A stretch of DNA of 64,000 bases, taken from positions 150,519-214,518 of the forward strand of contig CANNIZ010000002.1 in NCBI GenBank assembly GCA_947505245.1, given 5' to 3'. Each line of letters opens with the position of its first letter. Position 1 is the stretch's first letter. Below, piece by piece: positions 19,887 to 29,029 of the stretch. The notes beneath the pieces are model-generated. The model did no database searches, was not told where the DNA came from, and worked only from the letters and a program-made list of their open reading frames with translations. The stretch comes from Pseudomonadota bacterium (GTDB lineage: Bacteria > Myxococcota_A > UBA796 > GCA-2862545). The translations under genes and the position numbers were made by a program.

Positions 19887-21038
19887 TCAATCCTCGACGC
19901 GAAACCGGAACCGGGTGTCCCCGGCCGTGATCCACTCATCCCCGGCGAGGCGCCGCGAGACGACCTCGACGCCGTTTACCCGGGTGCCGTTGATCGTGGC
20001 CGCGTCCTCGACGAAGTACGTTCGCCCGCGACGGACGATCGCGAAGTGGTTTCGCGACAGCTGGGCGTCTGTGCCGACGCGCAGGTCGTTTTCACGGCCA
20101 CGGCCAACGCGGGTGATCGGGCGCACGAGCGCGTAGGTGACGCCCCCCTCGACGTCGAGCCAGGCGGCTGGCGCCCGCACGTCCGTGTCTTCGTCGAACC
20201 CCGCGTCGTCCTCGAGCGGGATCGCGACGTCGGACCAATCGTCGGTGACCACGTCCGCCACGTCGTCCCGCGCAAAGTCCTCGCGGGTGAGCCGCACCCA
20301 CGGGTCGGTCTGGAGCGTGCCGGGCCGCACGCCCACGACGGGCGCCGGAGCCGCGCGCGGACCCCCGACGCGCCGGGGGATCGCGGACCGGGGCGGCGCC
20401 GCGGGCACCGTGGCTCCAGCGCGCTCGACGACGTCGGTGGGCTCGTCCACCTCCTCCGGAGAGACGTGCGCGGCCCCGATCACCACGCGCGCTACGGTTC
20501 CCGCGAGGGCGTCTTCGGCGGTGACCTGGCGGCTCACCTGCCGCCGACCGACGTCCACGTCCACCTGCGCGACGCGGAGGCCGTTCGCTCGAAGCCGCTC
20601 GCGCGTGACCTCGATCACCGAGGTCAACACGAGGTCTGCGACGGCGAGCGCGCCTGTGCCCCGCCGCGCCCCTCCACCTGTGAACACGATGGTGCCACCC
20701 GCCTGCATCGCCGCCGCCGCCTGCTGCGTGAGCGCGAGGGGGCCCCAAACGTTGCGCGCGAAGATCGCGCCCTGGTCGACGGCGCCCTGCGGCTGCACCG
20801 CGACGAGCACCAACGCGTCAAGGTGCCCCTCGACGAGCAGGATGCGGTCGATCGCCGCGGCCCGTGAGGACGCGCTCGTGACGTCGAGCAACAGGGGCCG
20901 CACGGTGCCCTCCCGTTGAAGGCGTGCCCGATCGTCCGGGGTCGATACGCCGCCATAGACGCGGTGCCCTGCGCCTACCAGCAGCGCGGAGACCGCTCGA
21001 CCGATGCCGCTGCCGGCTCTCGTGACGAAGACGACCAG
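19887..21038 (-). CDS. degenerate SDR-like Rossmann domain fused to a C-terminal FHA domain; proposed CUG start
   Basis: The C-terminal FHA domain is YALVRPITRVGRGRENDLRVGTDAQLSRNHFAIVRRGRTYFVEDAATINGTRVNGVEV. Upstream in the same frame is an SDR fold: VVFVTRAGSGIGRA (TGxxxGIG), LLDVTS, and LDALVLVAV in place of NNAG. The Ser-Tyr-Lys triad is absent. There is no in-frame ATG, GTG or TTG between the upstream stop and GTG 20903. CTG 21038 is preceded by GGAGG with a 4-nt spacer. The conservative model is 19887..20903. Confidence 0.5.
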   Translation of the reverse strand: MVVFVTRAGSGIGRAVSALLVGAGHRVYGGVSTPDDRARLQREGTVRPLLLDVTSASSRAAAIDRILLVEGHLDALVLVAVQPQGAVDQGAIFARNVWGPLALTQQAAAAMQAGGTIVFTGGGARRGTGALAVADLVLTSVIEVTRERLRANGLRVAQVDVDVGRRQVSRQVTAEDALAGTVARVVIGAAHVSPEEVDEPTDVVERAGATVPAAPPRSAIPRRVGGPRAAPAPVVGVRPGTLQTDPWVRLTREDFARDDVADVVTDDWSDVAIPLEDDAGFDEDTDVRAPAAWLDVEGGVTYALVRPITRVGRGRENDLRVGTDAQLSRNHFAIVRRGRTYFVEDAATINGTRVNGVEVVSRRLAGDEWITAGDTRFRFRVED

Positions 21039-21051
21039 GGGGCCTCCGTAG

Positions 21052-21375
21052 CTACGTCTCGTCGACCGTCGCGAGCGCGGCCGTAATTTCGGCCCGGCTC
21101 TTCGTGGCGTCCGCGGTCTTCAGGCCGTCCAGCGCCTTGATGCCGTCGCGCCAGGCGGAAGCAGCGTCGGCTTCGCGCCGTTGCTCGACGAGGACGTTCC
21201 CGAGCTGCAACCAGCCGGGTCCGGACGTGGGATGCAGAGAGAGCAGCTGCCGCAACTCGGCCTCGGCTGCGTGCAGATCGCCCTCGCGCTTGAGCTCCAA
21301 AGCGAGCGCATAACGGGCGAAGCGGTCGTCCGGCTTCTCAGCCAGGTACGTCCGAAGGCTATCGGTCCGGTCCAA
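21052..21375 (-). CDS. small TPR-like protein
   Basis: ~107 aa, helical repeat-like: YALALELKREGDLHAAEAELRQLLSLHPTSGPGWLQLGNVLVEQRREADAASAWRDGIKAL. The TTG start at 21375 overlaps the end of bpt. Start uncertain. Confidence 0.4.
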   Translation of the reverse strand: MDRTDSLRTYLAEKPDDRFARYALALELKREGDLHAAEAELRQLLSLHPTSGPGWLQLGNVLVEQRREADAASAWRDGIKALDGLKTADATKSRAEITAALATVDET

Positions 21376-22078
21376 ACTTCCTCCAGTCGCCGTCCACGTA
21401 ACGCTCATGGGGGCGGTAGTCCGCTTTGTAGGAAAGGTGCACGCAGTCGCGCACATATAGCCCGAGGTAGAGGTGGTCGAGGCCGCGGGCACGGCAAAAG
21501 GCGATCTCAGCCAGCACACTGAACACCCCGGGCGACAGGCGCGCCACCTCCGGGTCGGGGTCGAAGTAAAAATAAACGCTCGAAGCGGCCGTCCGTCCCA
21601 CGTCCAGGATGCCCACACCCACCAGCTGGTCACCGATGAGGTAGCGCATCTCGAGGGTGTTCATGCAGGAATCGACGAGCCAGCCGTGGTAGCCTTCCTC
21701 GGTCATCAGCTCATCGTCGGGATCTGCGAGACCGCGGCTGCGCTTGTGACGGTTGTAGAGCATCACGCGGTCGGTGCTCACGTCCGGCCTCCCGACCTCG
21801 ACGCGGCCGACCGCTTCGAACTTCCTCAACGCACGCCGCTGGCTGCGCGACGCCTCGAACTCGTTCACCAGCACCCGGATCGCGCGGCACTCCGAGCAGG
21901 TCGGGCACGTCGTCTTGTACAACGCGAGCCCGACCCGACGTTCTCCGGCCGCAAACGCCGCGTCCGTGTCGTCGGGGTCGAGCCTCGTGAGCTGGCGATA
22001 CAGCGGCAGGCGCGCCACCCGACCTTGGAGGTAGGGGCACACCTGCAGACCGTCATACGCGAGGAACTGCCTGCGCAC
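21359..22078 (-). CDS. bpt: leucyl/arginyl-tRNA-protein transferase family (Bpt/ATE-like)
   Basis: 239 aa. CPYLQGR...LYKTTCPTCSECRAIRV (ATE_N) and ...MRYLIGDQLVGVGILDVGRTAASSVYFYFDPDP...HLYLGLYV (ATE_C). Confidence 0.85.
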   Translation of the reverse strand: MRRQFLAYDGLQVCPYLQGRVARLPLYRQLTRLDPDDTDAAFAAGERRVGLALYKTTCPTCSECRAIRVLVNEFEASRSQRRALRKFEAVGRVEVGRPDVSTDRVMLYNRHKRSRGLADPDDELMTEEGYHGWLVDSCMNTLEMRYLIGDQLVGVGILDVGRTAASSVYFYFDPDPEVARLSPGVFSVLAEIAFCRARGLDHLYLGLYVRDCVHLSYKADYRPHERYVDGDWRKFGPDR

Positions 22079-22114
22079 GACGTCAGCGTATCACACCGAG
22101 CCGAAGGCGAGTGA

Positions 22115-22813
22115 TCAAGGAGCGGACAGGCTCGACGCGGAGCGCTCCTGAATGCCGATCGCCGAGCCACCTTCTTCGAACGCGACGTCGAGCGAACCCA
22201 CCTTGGTGCGCTTGAGCGTGAACGTGACGTCGCAGTTCTGCGCGCCCGCGTCCACCTGCGTGAGCGTGCCTGCGGGGATCGTGAACGTTCCCGTGTCTGC
22301 GTCGATGGTGTTGACGTACAAATTGACGCAGTCGCCGCTGACAGTGAGCTCCATCGGCTCCTCGGCGGCGGGCGTCCAGTCCAGGGTGAACGCGGCTGCG
22401 CGCGAGAAGTTCGCCGCCGGGGCGGTGATCTCGAACGCCGGCGGCAGCTGGACCGTGGTGTTCGGTGCGCCGTCGTCGACCGTACGCGTAAGCGCGATCG
22501 TGTAGACGGTGGCAGGGTCGTCACCGGTGATCGTGGCGTGGTAGCCGTGCAGCGCGGCGATCTCGTACTCCTCGAGCGGCACGGCTGCCGCGTCGCCAGC
22601 CGCGACCGTGAGGGAGTCATCCGCCGTGAGCGCGACGAACGTGGTGGACGTCGCGCCACCGGCGCGCAGGATCGCGTCCGCGTCGGTGTTGCCGTCGCCG
22701 CGGGCGGTCATGGTGATCGCGGCCGACATCCCCGACGTGAGCAGGTCTTCGCTGTCGATGTCCGTACAGGCCACTCCGAGCAGCAGCGCCGCCGGAACCG
22801 TAAGAATACGCAT
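22115..22813 (-). CDS. hypothetical lipoprotein
   Basis: Start at MRILTVPAALLLGVACTD (lipobox). The upstream part of the track ORF was not taken. No family recognised. Confidence 0.5.
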   Translation of the reverse strand: MRILTVPAALLLGVACTDIDSEDLLTSGMSAAITMTARGDGNTDADAILRAGGATSTTFVALTADDSLTVAAGDAAAVPLEEYEIAALHGYHATITGDDPATVYTIALTRTVDDGAPNTTVQLPPAFEITAPAANFSRAAAFTLDWTPAAEEPMELTVSGDCVNLYVNTIDADTGTFTIPAGTLTQVDAGAQNCDVTFTLKRTKVGSLDVAFEEGGSAIGIQERSASSLSAP

Positions 22814-22877
22814 GGTCTCCTCCTGGGCGTGAGCCCCGGTTAACATACCCACGTCGTCGTCTCCGTGGAAAAACCAT

Positions 22878-24152
22878 GTGATGACGCGTGATTTCATCCC
22901 CGGGTCCACCCTGACGATCACGCCCGAAGACCTCGTCGCGAGCCTGCAATCCGACGCCGTATGGCTGGACGGCGGCGGCGGGCGGTCGATCGTCACCTGG
23001 GGGCCGCGCGAGGTCGCGGTCAACGAAAACGACTGGGAAGACGCCGGACGGCGGCTCTCGGCCGGCGCCCCGGCGGGGGAGCCGTTCGCGGGGGGCGTGG
23101 TCGGTTCGGTGGCCTATGACGGTCGGCGGTCGTGGCTCGCCCGTGTGGAAGGCGCCGCGATCTATTCGGACGGGACCTGGACAATCGACGGGTCACCGTC
23201 GTTTCGCGCCCAGGCCCGTCGCGCGTTGGAGCGCGCGGTGCCTCTCCCGCCAGCGCCGCCAGCACCCGCGCTAAGGTCCGTACGAACGATGGACCAGGCC
23301 GTCTACGAGGGGCGTGTACGGCGAATCCTAGCCTGGATCGCCGAAGGGGATTGTTACCAGGTGAACCTCTCGCGCGCGGTCGTCGCGGAGGGCGTCGGCG
23401 ACCCGTTCGTCGCGTACCGGCGCCTTTCGCACCTCGCGCGCGCGCCGTACGCGGCATGGCTCCGTCCCTCGCCCGAGTACGCGGTGCTGAGCGCGTCCCC
23501 CGAATTGCTGCTCGCAGCCGACGGCGAACGCGTGTGGAGCGAGCCGATCAAGGGCACGCGGCCCCGCCACGGCGATCCGGTCGCAGACCGCGCGCTCGCA
23601 GGCGAGCTTCGCACGTCCGAAAAAGACCTCGCCGAGCTCGTCATGATCGTGGATCTCGTCCGAAACGATCTCGGTCGCGTCGCGCGCACCGGCAGCGTGA
23701 CGTGGGAGAAGCGGCGAGTGACCGCTCACGCCAACGTCCATCACGCCTCTCAGATCGTCCGCGCCACGCTCGGAGACGGTCAGGACAGCTGGGCGGCGCT
23801 GGGAGCGCTGTTCCCCGCCGGCTCGATCACCGGCGCGCCAAAGATTCGCGCCTGCCAGCGCATCGCCGAGGTCGAAGACGAGCCCCGCGGTCTGTACTGC
23901 GGCACCATCGGCTTCACCGGTGGACGAACCGCCCGGTGGAACGTGGCGATCCGCACCGCCGAGTGGTCGCCGGCGGCCGGCGGGACCCTGACGTGGCACG
24001 TCGGCGGCGGCATCGTCGCCGACAGCGATCCCACCGAAGAGTGGAAGGAGACCGTCGCGAAGGGCACGACGATGGCGCGCGCGTTTGGCGACGTGTCCGA
24101 CGAGGGCCGCCTGCCGTCCTACAGCAGGCAGCAGGGCAGCTTCTGCTCGTAG
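22878..24152 (+). CDS. chorismate-utilising enzyme, most like aminodeoxychorismate synthase component I (PabB-like)
   Basis: LYCGTIGFTGGRTARWNVAIRTAEW, DLVRNDLGRVAR, PGSITGAPKIRACQRIAEVE: the anthranilate/ADC synthase component I fold with a short N-terminal domain. Confidence 0.7.
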   Translation: MMTRDFIPGSTLTITPEDLVASLQSDAVWLDGGGGRSIVTWGPREVAVNENDWEDAGRRLSAGAPAGEPFAGGVVGSVAYDGRRSWLARVEGAAIYSDGTWTIDGSPSFRAQARRALERAVPLPPAPPAPALRSVRTMDQAVYEGRVRRILAWIAEGDCYQVNLSRAVVAEGVGDPFVAYRRLSHLARAPYAAWLRPSPEYAVLSASPELLLAADGERVWSEPIKGTRPRHGDPVADRALAGELRTSEKDLAELVMIVDLVRNDLGRVARTGSVTWEKRRVTAHANVHHASQIVRATLGDGQDSWAALGALFPAGSITGAPKIRACQRIAEVEDEPRGLYCGTIGFTGGRTARWNVAIRTAEWSPAAGGTLTWHVGGGIVADSDPTEEWKETVAKGTTMARAFGDVSDEGRLPSYSRQQGSFCS

Positions 24153-24164
24153 ACCCAGGGATGC

Positions 24165-26222
24165 CTACGTCTGGGCGATCTGGATGCCGTACGAGCAGTC
24201 CTCGCACCAGAAGCCGAACAACCACATCGGAGCGACGTGCGCGCGGATCCCCGTCGCCTCAACATGTCCCACGTAGAACATCGGCCGCTCGCACTTCGTG
24301 CACACGGCCCCGTCGGGCGCCCCCCGCCACTGCGGACGACCTCCGATGGTGCCTCGGGCCCGCTTCGCCTCGGGGTGATCGGGCGTCACCAGAGCCCAGT
24401 GGCGGATGCGCGACGGCTCGATCACGCCCCCCGCGCAACGCTCCTTGGCCGCCGGCCGCTCGACCAGCGTCCCCTGCACGAGCTCGAGGCGCCCGTCCGG
24501 AGAGACCCGATAAACGTAGTTCTCGACACGCTCTTCACACTGCTCGGGGCAGCCGGTCGCGAACCAGTGAAACCAACCCATCGACGGGAAGCCCGCCAAA
24601 GCGGACGTGTCCACCGACACGACGTGCTGGAGCTCCGTCTTGCACGTCCATCCGGCGGCATCGACGAACAGCTTGTTCGCGACGGTGCCCGTGATCACGC
24701 GCACGTCGTGCTTGATCGGACCCTCGACCGACACGAGATCGAACGACCGGCGCGCGAACCGCTCGATCGCGGCGATCCGATCGCCGACCTCGATGCCCAT
24801 CGCCTGGTAGAGCCCACCGAGCTCCTTGTGTTTCCTTGCAAGCTCCGCGACCGCCATGCGCGCGATCGGTGAGCTGATGCCGGCCAGCAGCTTCGCGCGT
24901 GCCTGGTCCACGCCCTTCTTGGTCTTCTTGATGTTCTTCGCAAGATCGCTCGCGGCCGCGTCAGACGCGCCGTAGGAGAGCATCCAGAAGTCGTCTGGCA
25001 GCAGCTTTGCAGCGCGGCTTAGCGTCTTGTCGTCCCACGCACAGACCGTGTCCGCCAGCGCGACGAACGCACCTGGATCCGCGCGCAACATCCGATGGAT
25101 GGCGCCCGCATCATCGAGCTCGGTCAGCAGACGGGCGGCCGGCGAGGCCTCTTCCGCTGGCAACTCCGCCGCGACGGCTTTCTTTGCGCCTTTTGGCGAC
25201 TGGATGATGAGGATCGGCTCGGTCCGGGGCACACACGCGAGCGCCCCCTCCTCGAGCGCCAACAGCCGCAGACCCTCCTTCGTCTTGTACGGCTTGAACG
25301 CCTCGAGCTTGCCGAGCGGCACGAGCGACGTGGCGTGGAACCGGTAGATCACGAGGGTTTCGGGCCCGGCCTCCGCCGAGCGGGGGTTCCAGCCGTCGTG
25401 TTCACGCACCACAGCCACCCACTCGCCGTGCCACGCGATCGCGGGGGAAACGAGCGGACGATCGTCGGACGCCGCAGAGGAAGCGAGCAGCTTGCCGTCG
25501 AACGACACCGCGGCGATGCCGCTCTTGCCCGAACACACCACCCGGTCGTTCTCGAAGTCGATCGTCGCGAATTCGAAGTCGGCGTCCGCCCACTGCACGT
25601 TGCACCGAAGCTCGTCGCCGGTGCCGATCATCAACCGCACGCGCGTGTGAACCACCCACGTCTGGCCGTCTTCGGCCACCGCGAGGTGCGCGCCTGTCAG
25701 GCTCGCGGCTTCGCGCGCTGGCGCCTTGGTGGCGAGCGAGATCGCCTTCGGGCGGTCGATCTTGCCGTCCCAAACCGCCCTGCGACGCCCTCCGGACCAC
25801 AACAACGCGGGCGCGGCCTTGGGATCCTTGAGCGCCTTCAACGCCTCCCAGTGCGTCTCGTAGACACCCTTGACCTTGAAGTCCTTGTGCGGCTTTCCGG
25901 CGTCCCCGGTCTCGACTTCGAGCGACTGCTCGCCGGTGCGGAAGCCCCACAAGCGCGTTCCATCCGGGTGGATACACGCGTCGGACGACGTCAGCCCGGC
26001 GTGCACTTGCAGTTGCTTGCGCTGCTGGGGGAATTTTCCGGCGAGGTCGAGCGTGGTGTGACCATCGATCAGGAGCAGTCCCGCCTTGGAAAGCGACAGC
26101 CGTTGCGCGCCGCGCACCCGCGCGACCTCCTCGCCGTCGCGGATGACCTCGACGAAGCCGTTGCCGATCCGAGCGATCGTGCCGCTTGGACCGAACCCGA
26201 CGACGGTGTCCTGACTGCTCAT
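24165..26222 (-). CDS. hypothetical protein, ~685 aa, with a DUF1963 (YwqG)-like C-terminal domain
   Basis: Start taken at MSSQDTVV (ATG 26222). The C-terminus IGGRPQWRGAPDGAVCTKCERPMFYVGHVE...WLFGFWCEDC matches the DUF1963 pattern (GGxPxW...CxxC...M.F..Q....F.C..C). The N-terminal two-thirds are repeat- or propeller-like and were not assigned. Confidence 0.5.
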   Translation of the reverse strand: MSSQDTVVGFGPSGTIARIGNGFVEVIRDGEEVARVRGAQRLSLSKAGLLLIDGHTTLDLAGKFPQQRKQLQVHAGLTSSDACIHPDGTRLWGFRTGEQSLEVETGDAGKPHKDFKVKGVYETHWEALKALKDPKAAPALLWSGGRRRAVWDGKIDRPKAISLATKAPAREAASLTGAHLAVAEDGQTWVVHTRVRLMIGTGDELRCNVQWADADFEFATIDFENDRVVCSGKSGIAAVSFDGKLLASSAASDDRPLVSPAIAWHGEWVAVVREHDGWNPRSAEAGPETLVIYRFHATSLVPLGKLEAFKPYKTKEGLRLLALEEGALACVPRTEPILIIQSPKGAKKAVAAELPAEEASPAARLLTELDDAGAIHRMLRADPGAFVALADTVCAWDDKTLSRAAKLLPDDFWMLSYGASDAAASDLAKNIKKTKKGVDQARAKLLAGISSPIARMAVAELARKHKELGGLYQAMGIEVGDRIAAIERFARRSFDLVSVEGPIKHDVRVITGTVANKLFVDAAGWTCKTELQHVVSVDTSALAGFPSMGWFHWFATGCPEQCEERVENYVYRVSPDGRLELVQGTLVERPAAKERCAGGVIEPSRIRHWALVTPDHPEAKRARGTIGGRPQWRGAPDGAVCTKCERPMFYVGHVEATGIRAHVAPMWLFGFWCEDCSYGIQIAQT

Positions 26223-26359
26223 CCGCCCTCCACAGCGGGCCAGCCTACCGCGAGGCGGGCCCGGAACGTGAATGAAACCACTTCGGTGCCCGTAGGTCCA
26301 TGCGATAAGATGCAGAAGCCGCCCTCTCCGCCCGCCAAGCCCCCCTCCAAAGAGGCACC

Positions 26360-28426
26360 GTGTACGCACTTCTGCACGTTCTCGCCTGGTCCACGCCCGC
26401 CCTCGCGGTGCCCGAAACCGACCCCGCAGAAGAAATCGTCCCCCTCGACGCGCCAGCCGATACGCGCGGGACGTGGGACCTCGACAACGCGGGGCTCCAC
26501 CTCGTCACCGCTGACCCGGTCGGAAAGTACAACTATTGGCTTGCAAAGGACTGGAAGGTCCAGTCCGGGCTGATTCGTGCGCGCGTAAAGGTGTCCGGCA
26601 AGCTGGACAGCACGTTGATGTTCCGCGCGTCCGTGCCCGAAGGCAAGCCCGAGAACCTCTCCGGCTACGGGTTTTCGTTCGAAGGTGACGCGATCGCGTT
26701 CTACCGGTGGAACGACGGCGTCGTGGTCCCGCTCGGCGCGGCAACCAAGCTTCCAGGCCTCCAGGAGCACGCTGAGGTGGAGGTCGTGTTGTGGGCGGTG
26801 GGGCCGCAGATCGCCGCGATCGTGTATGACGGCGCCACGCTCGCTCAGCTCGGGGCGATCGCGGTACACGACAGCACCTTTGCGTCGGGACGCGTCGGGT
26901 GGCGCGCCCACCCCGGTCAGGGCGCAGGCACGCGGCTCGAGAAGCTGTCCGTGCTCGCCACCGAGGTGAGCGCGCGCGCCGCGACGCCCGGCGACGACGC
27001 GTTCGGCGACACCCGGCTCGTCGAGATCGACACGACCTCGGCGGACCGCCTCCCCGACCACGTCGAGGTCGTCGAGCGCGGGGACGCGCTAACCACCGTG
27101 CTCGCCAGCCCCGAAGAGGTCGAGCAGATGCGCCGCCGGGGCGTGAAGGTGCGCCACCAGACCGGCTACGTCGGACGCTGGGCCGTGGACGCCGCCTACC
27201 GCGCCAACGTCGCGACGCCGTTCCGAGAGTTGCCGACGGGCCTCGACTTCTCGCCGTCGTACAAGGACGCGGACATGGTCGAGGCGTCGCTGCGCGCGAT
27301 GAACGCCCGGTGGCCGGACGTCACGCGCGTCGTGCAAATCGGCACGAGCGGCCAGGGCCGGCCGATGTGGGCGCTGCGCGTCACGGACCACCCCGATCGC
27401 GACGAAGACGAGCCCGCCGTGCTGCTCGACGGCGCGCACCACGGCAACGAGCTGCTCGCCGTCGAGTACGCGCTCGACTCGGCCGAGTGGACGCTCGAGC
27501 ATCAGGCCGATCCCCGCGTCGCGAAGTGGATCGACGGCCTCGATCTGTGGTTCGTGCCGATGGTGAACGTCGACGGAAACCACGCGTACTGGCAGGTGAG
27601 CACGGACACCGGCCGCAAGAACATGCGCGACACCAACGGCGACGGTTTGTACGAGTTCTGGGAGGGCGTCGACCTGAACCGGAACTACCCGTTCGCGTGG
27701 GGCACGCTCGGCGAGAACGGCTCCCGCAGCTGGTCGAACAGCGCGTATTACCGCGGGCCAACAGGGGGCAGCGAGCCCGAGACGCAGGCGATGATGGCGC
27801 TCGCGACGCGCTACCACTTCACGGCCGCGATCTCCTGGCACACCTGGAGCACGGTGATCATCACGCCTTACAGCGCGGAAGGGCAGCAGCTCCGCAACCC
27901 GACGCCGGACGTCCCTGGCGCCGTCGCCGACGCGATCGCCGCGACCATGCCCGTGCAGCCGAACAAGAAGAAGTACAAGGTCGTGCGCGAGATCTACGAC
28001 GTGGACGGCGTCGATCAGGACTGGCACTACCACGAGAACGGCACGCTCGCGTACATCGTCGAAGGCAGCCACCACAACCCGAAGGACGCCACCATCCGCG
28101 CGGCGTCGATCGCAGGGGTGCGGCCGTTCTACCAGGGCCTGATGGACCGCCTCGTAGATGGGCCGCACCTGGTCGGGCACGTCACGGACGACCGCGGGCG
28201 GCCCGTGCAGGCCACGATCACGATCGACGAGTACCCGCTCCACAACGGCGAGAACTGGACGAGCCGCGCCGGAGACGGCCGGTTCGACCGCCTCGTGCTC
28301 GAGCCGGGCGTGTACACCGTCCACGCGCGCGCCGAAGGGCATGGCGAGGCCATCGCCCAGGTCACCGTCGGGGACGGTCCGACCGAGGTTACGCTGATGA
28401 CGCCGCGGCTGGTCGCCGGGGATTAA
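26360..28426 (+). CDS. secreted M14 family zinc carboxypeptidase with a C-terminal regulatory-like domain
   Basis: Signal peptide, VLLDGAHHGNELLAVEYAL (the HxxE zinc ligands), DLNRNYPFAWG, and a C-terminal beta-sandwich domain. Confidence 0.85.
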   Translation: MYALLHVLAWSTPALAVPETDPAEEIVPLDAPADTRGTWDLDNAGLHLVTADPVGKYNYWLAKDWKVQSGLIRARVKVSGKLDSTLMFRASVPEGKPENLSGYGFSFEGDAIAFYRWNDGVVVPLGAATKLPGLQEHAEVEVVLWAVGPQIAAIVYDGATLAQLGAIAVHDSTFASGRVGWRAHPGQGAGTRLEKLSVLATEVSARAATPGDDAFGDTRLVEIDTTSADRLPDHVEVVERGDALTTVLASPEEVEQMRRRGVKVRHQTGYVGRWAVDAAYRANVATPFRELPTGLDFSPSYKDADMVEASLRAMNARWPDVTRVVQIGTSGQGRPMWALRVTDHPDRDEDEPAVLLDGAHHGNELLAVEYALDSAEWTLEHQADPRVAKWIDGLDLWFVPMVNVDGNHAYWQVSTDTGRKNMRDTNGDGLYEFWEGVDLNRNYPFAWGTLGENGSRSWSNSAYYRGPTGGSEPETQAMMALATRYHFTAAISWHTWSTVIITPYSAEGQQLRNPTPDVPGAVADAIAATMPVQPNKKKYKVVREIYDVDGVDQDWHYHENGTLAYIVEGSHHNPKDATIRAASIAGVRPFYQGLMDRLVDGPHLVGHVTDDRGRPVQATITIDEYPLHNGENWTSRAGDGRFDRLVLEPGVYTVHARAEGHGEAIAQVTVGDGPTEVTLMTPRLVAGD

Positions 28427-28435
28427 GGAGGAGGG

Positions 28436-29029
28436 ATGCACCCACGCGCCGTCTTTCGCTTCACGCCGGAGCAGTACCTCGACTTCGAGGTCAAGAGCGT
28501 GGAGAAACACGAGTTCTTCGACGGCTACATCCTCGCGATGGCGGGCGGAAATGCACGCCACTCTGCGACGTGCGGCCGTGCGATCATCGCACTCGCCGCG
28601 TCACTCCGGGGGCGTCCCTGCGCAGTGCTGACCTCCGACATGCGCGTGCTCGTCGAGGCCACTGGCCTGTACACCTACCCAGACGTCTCGGTGGCGTGCC
28701 CACCGAAGGTGATCGGCAAGGAAGAAGCCTCCACCCTGGTGAACCCGACGCTGCTCGTCGAGGTGCTCTCGAAGGACACCGCGAAGTACGATCGCGGCGA
28801 GAAGCTCGAGCACTACCAGCGCGTCGCCAGCGTGCAGGGCGTGTTGCTCGTCGACATTCCTGCGCGGACGGTCGAGGTCGTCGCCCGCGCGGCAGAGGGC
28901 TGGACGCGCGCCATCTACGGCCTCGCCGACGCGTTCGCGCTTCCCGGGCTGGACGCGACCGTGGCCGTTGCCGACTTCTTCGACGGGATCGACCTCGTAC
29001 CCGAAGCGCCCGTTACTGCGGAATCGTGA
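28436..29029 (+). CDS. Uma2 family endonuclease (DUF820)
   Basis: HEFFDGYILAMAGGNARHS...YPDVSVACPP...EVLSKDTAKYDRGEKLEHYQRV...LLVD, a typical Uma2 restriction-endonuclease-like fold. Confidence 0.8.
   Translation: MHPRAVFRFTPEQYLDFEVKSVEKHEFFDGYILAMAGGNARHSATCGRAIIALAASLRGRPCAVLTSDMRVLVEATGLYTYPDVSVACPPKVIGKEEASTLVNPTLLVEVLSKDTAKYDRGEKLEHYQRVASVQGVLLVDIPARTVEVVARAAEGWTRAIYGLADAFALPGLDATVAVADFFDGIDLVPEAPVTAES

Noticed and set aside
18392-19939. 515-aa minus-strand ORF and the nested 18913..20136 plus-strand ORF
   Set aside because: Both overlap the spermidine-synthase-fusion gene in other frames, and both are Arg-rich.
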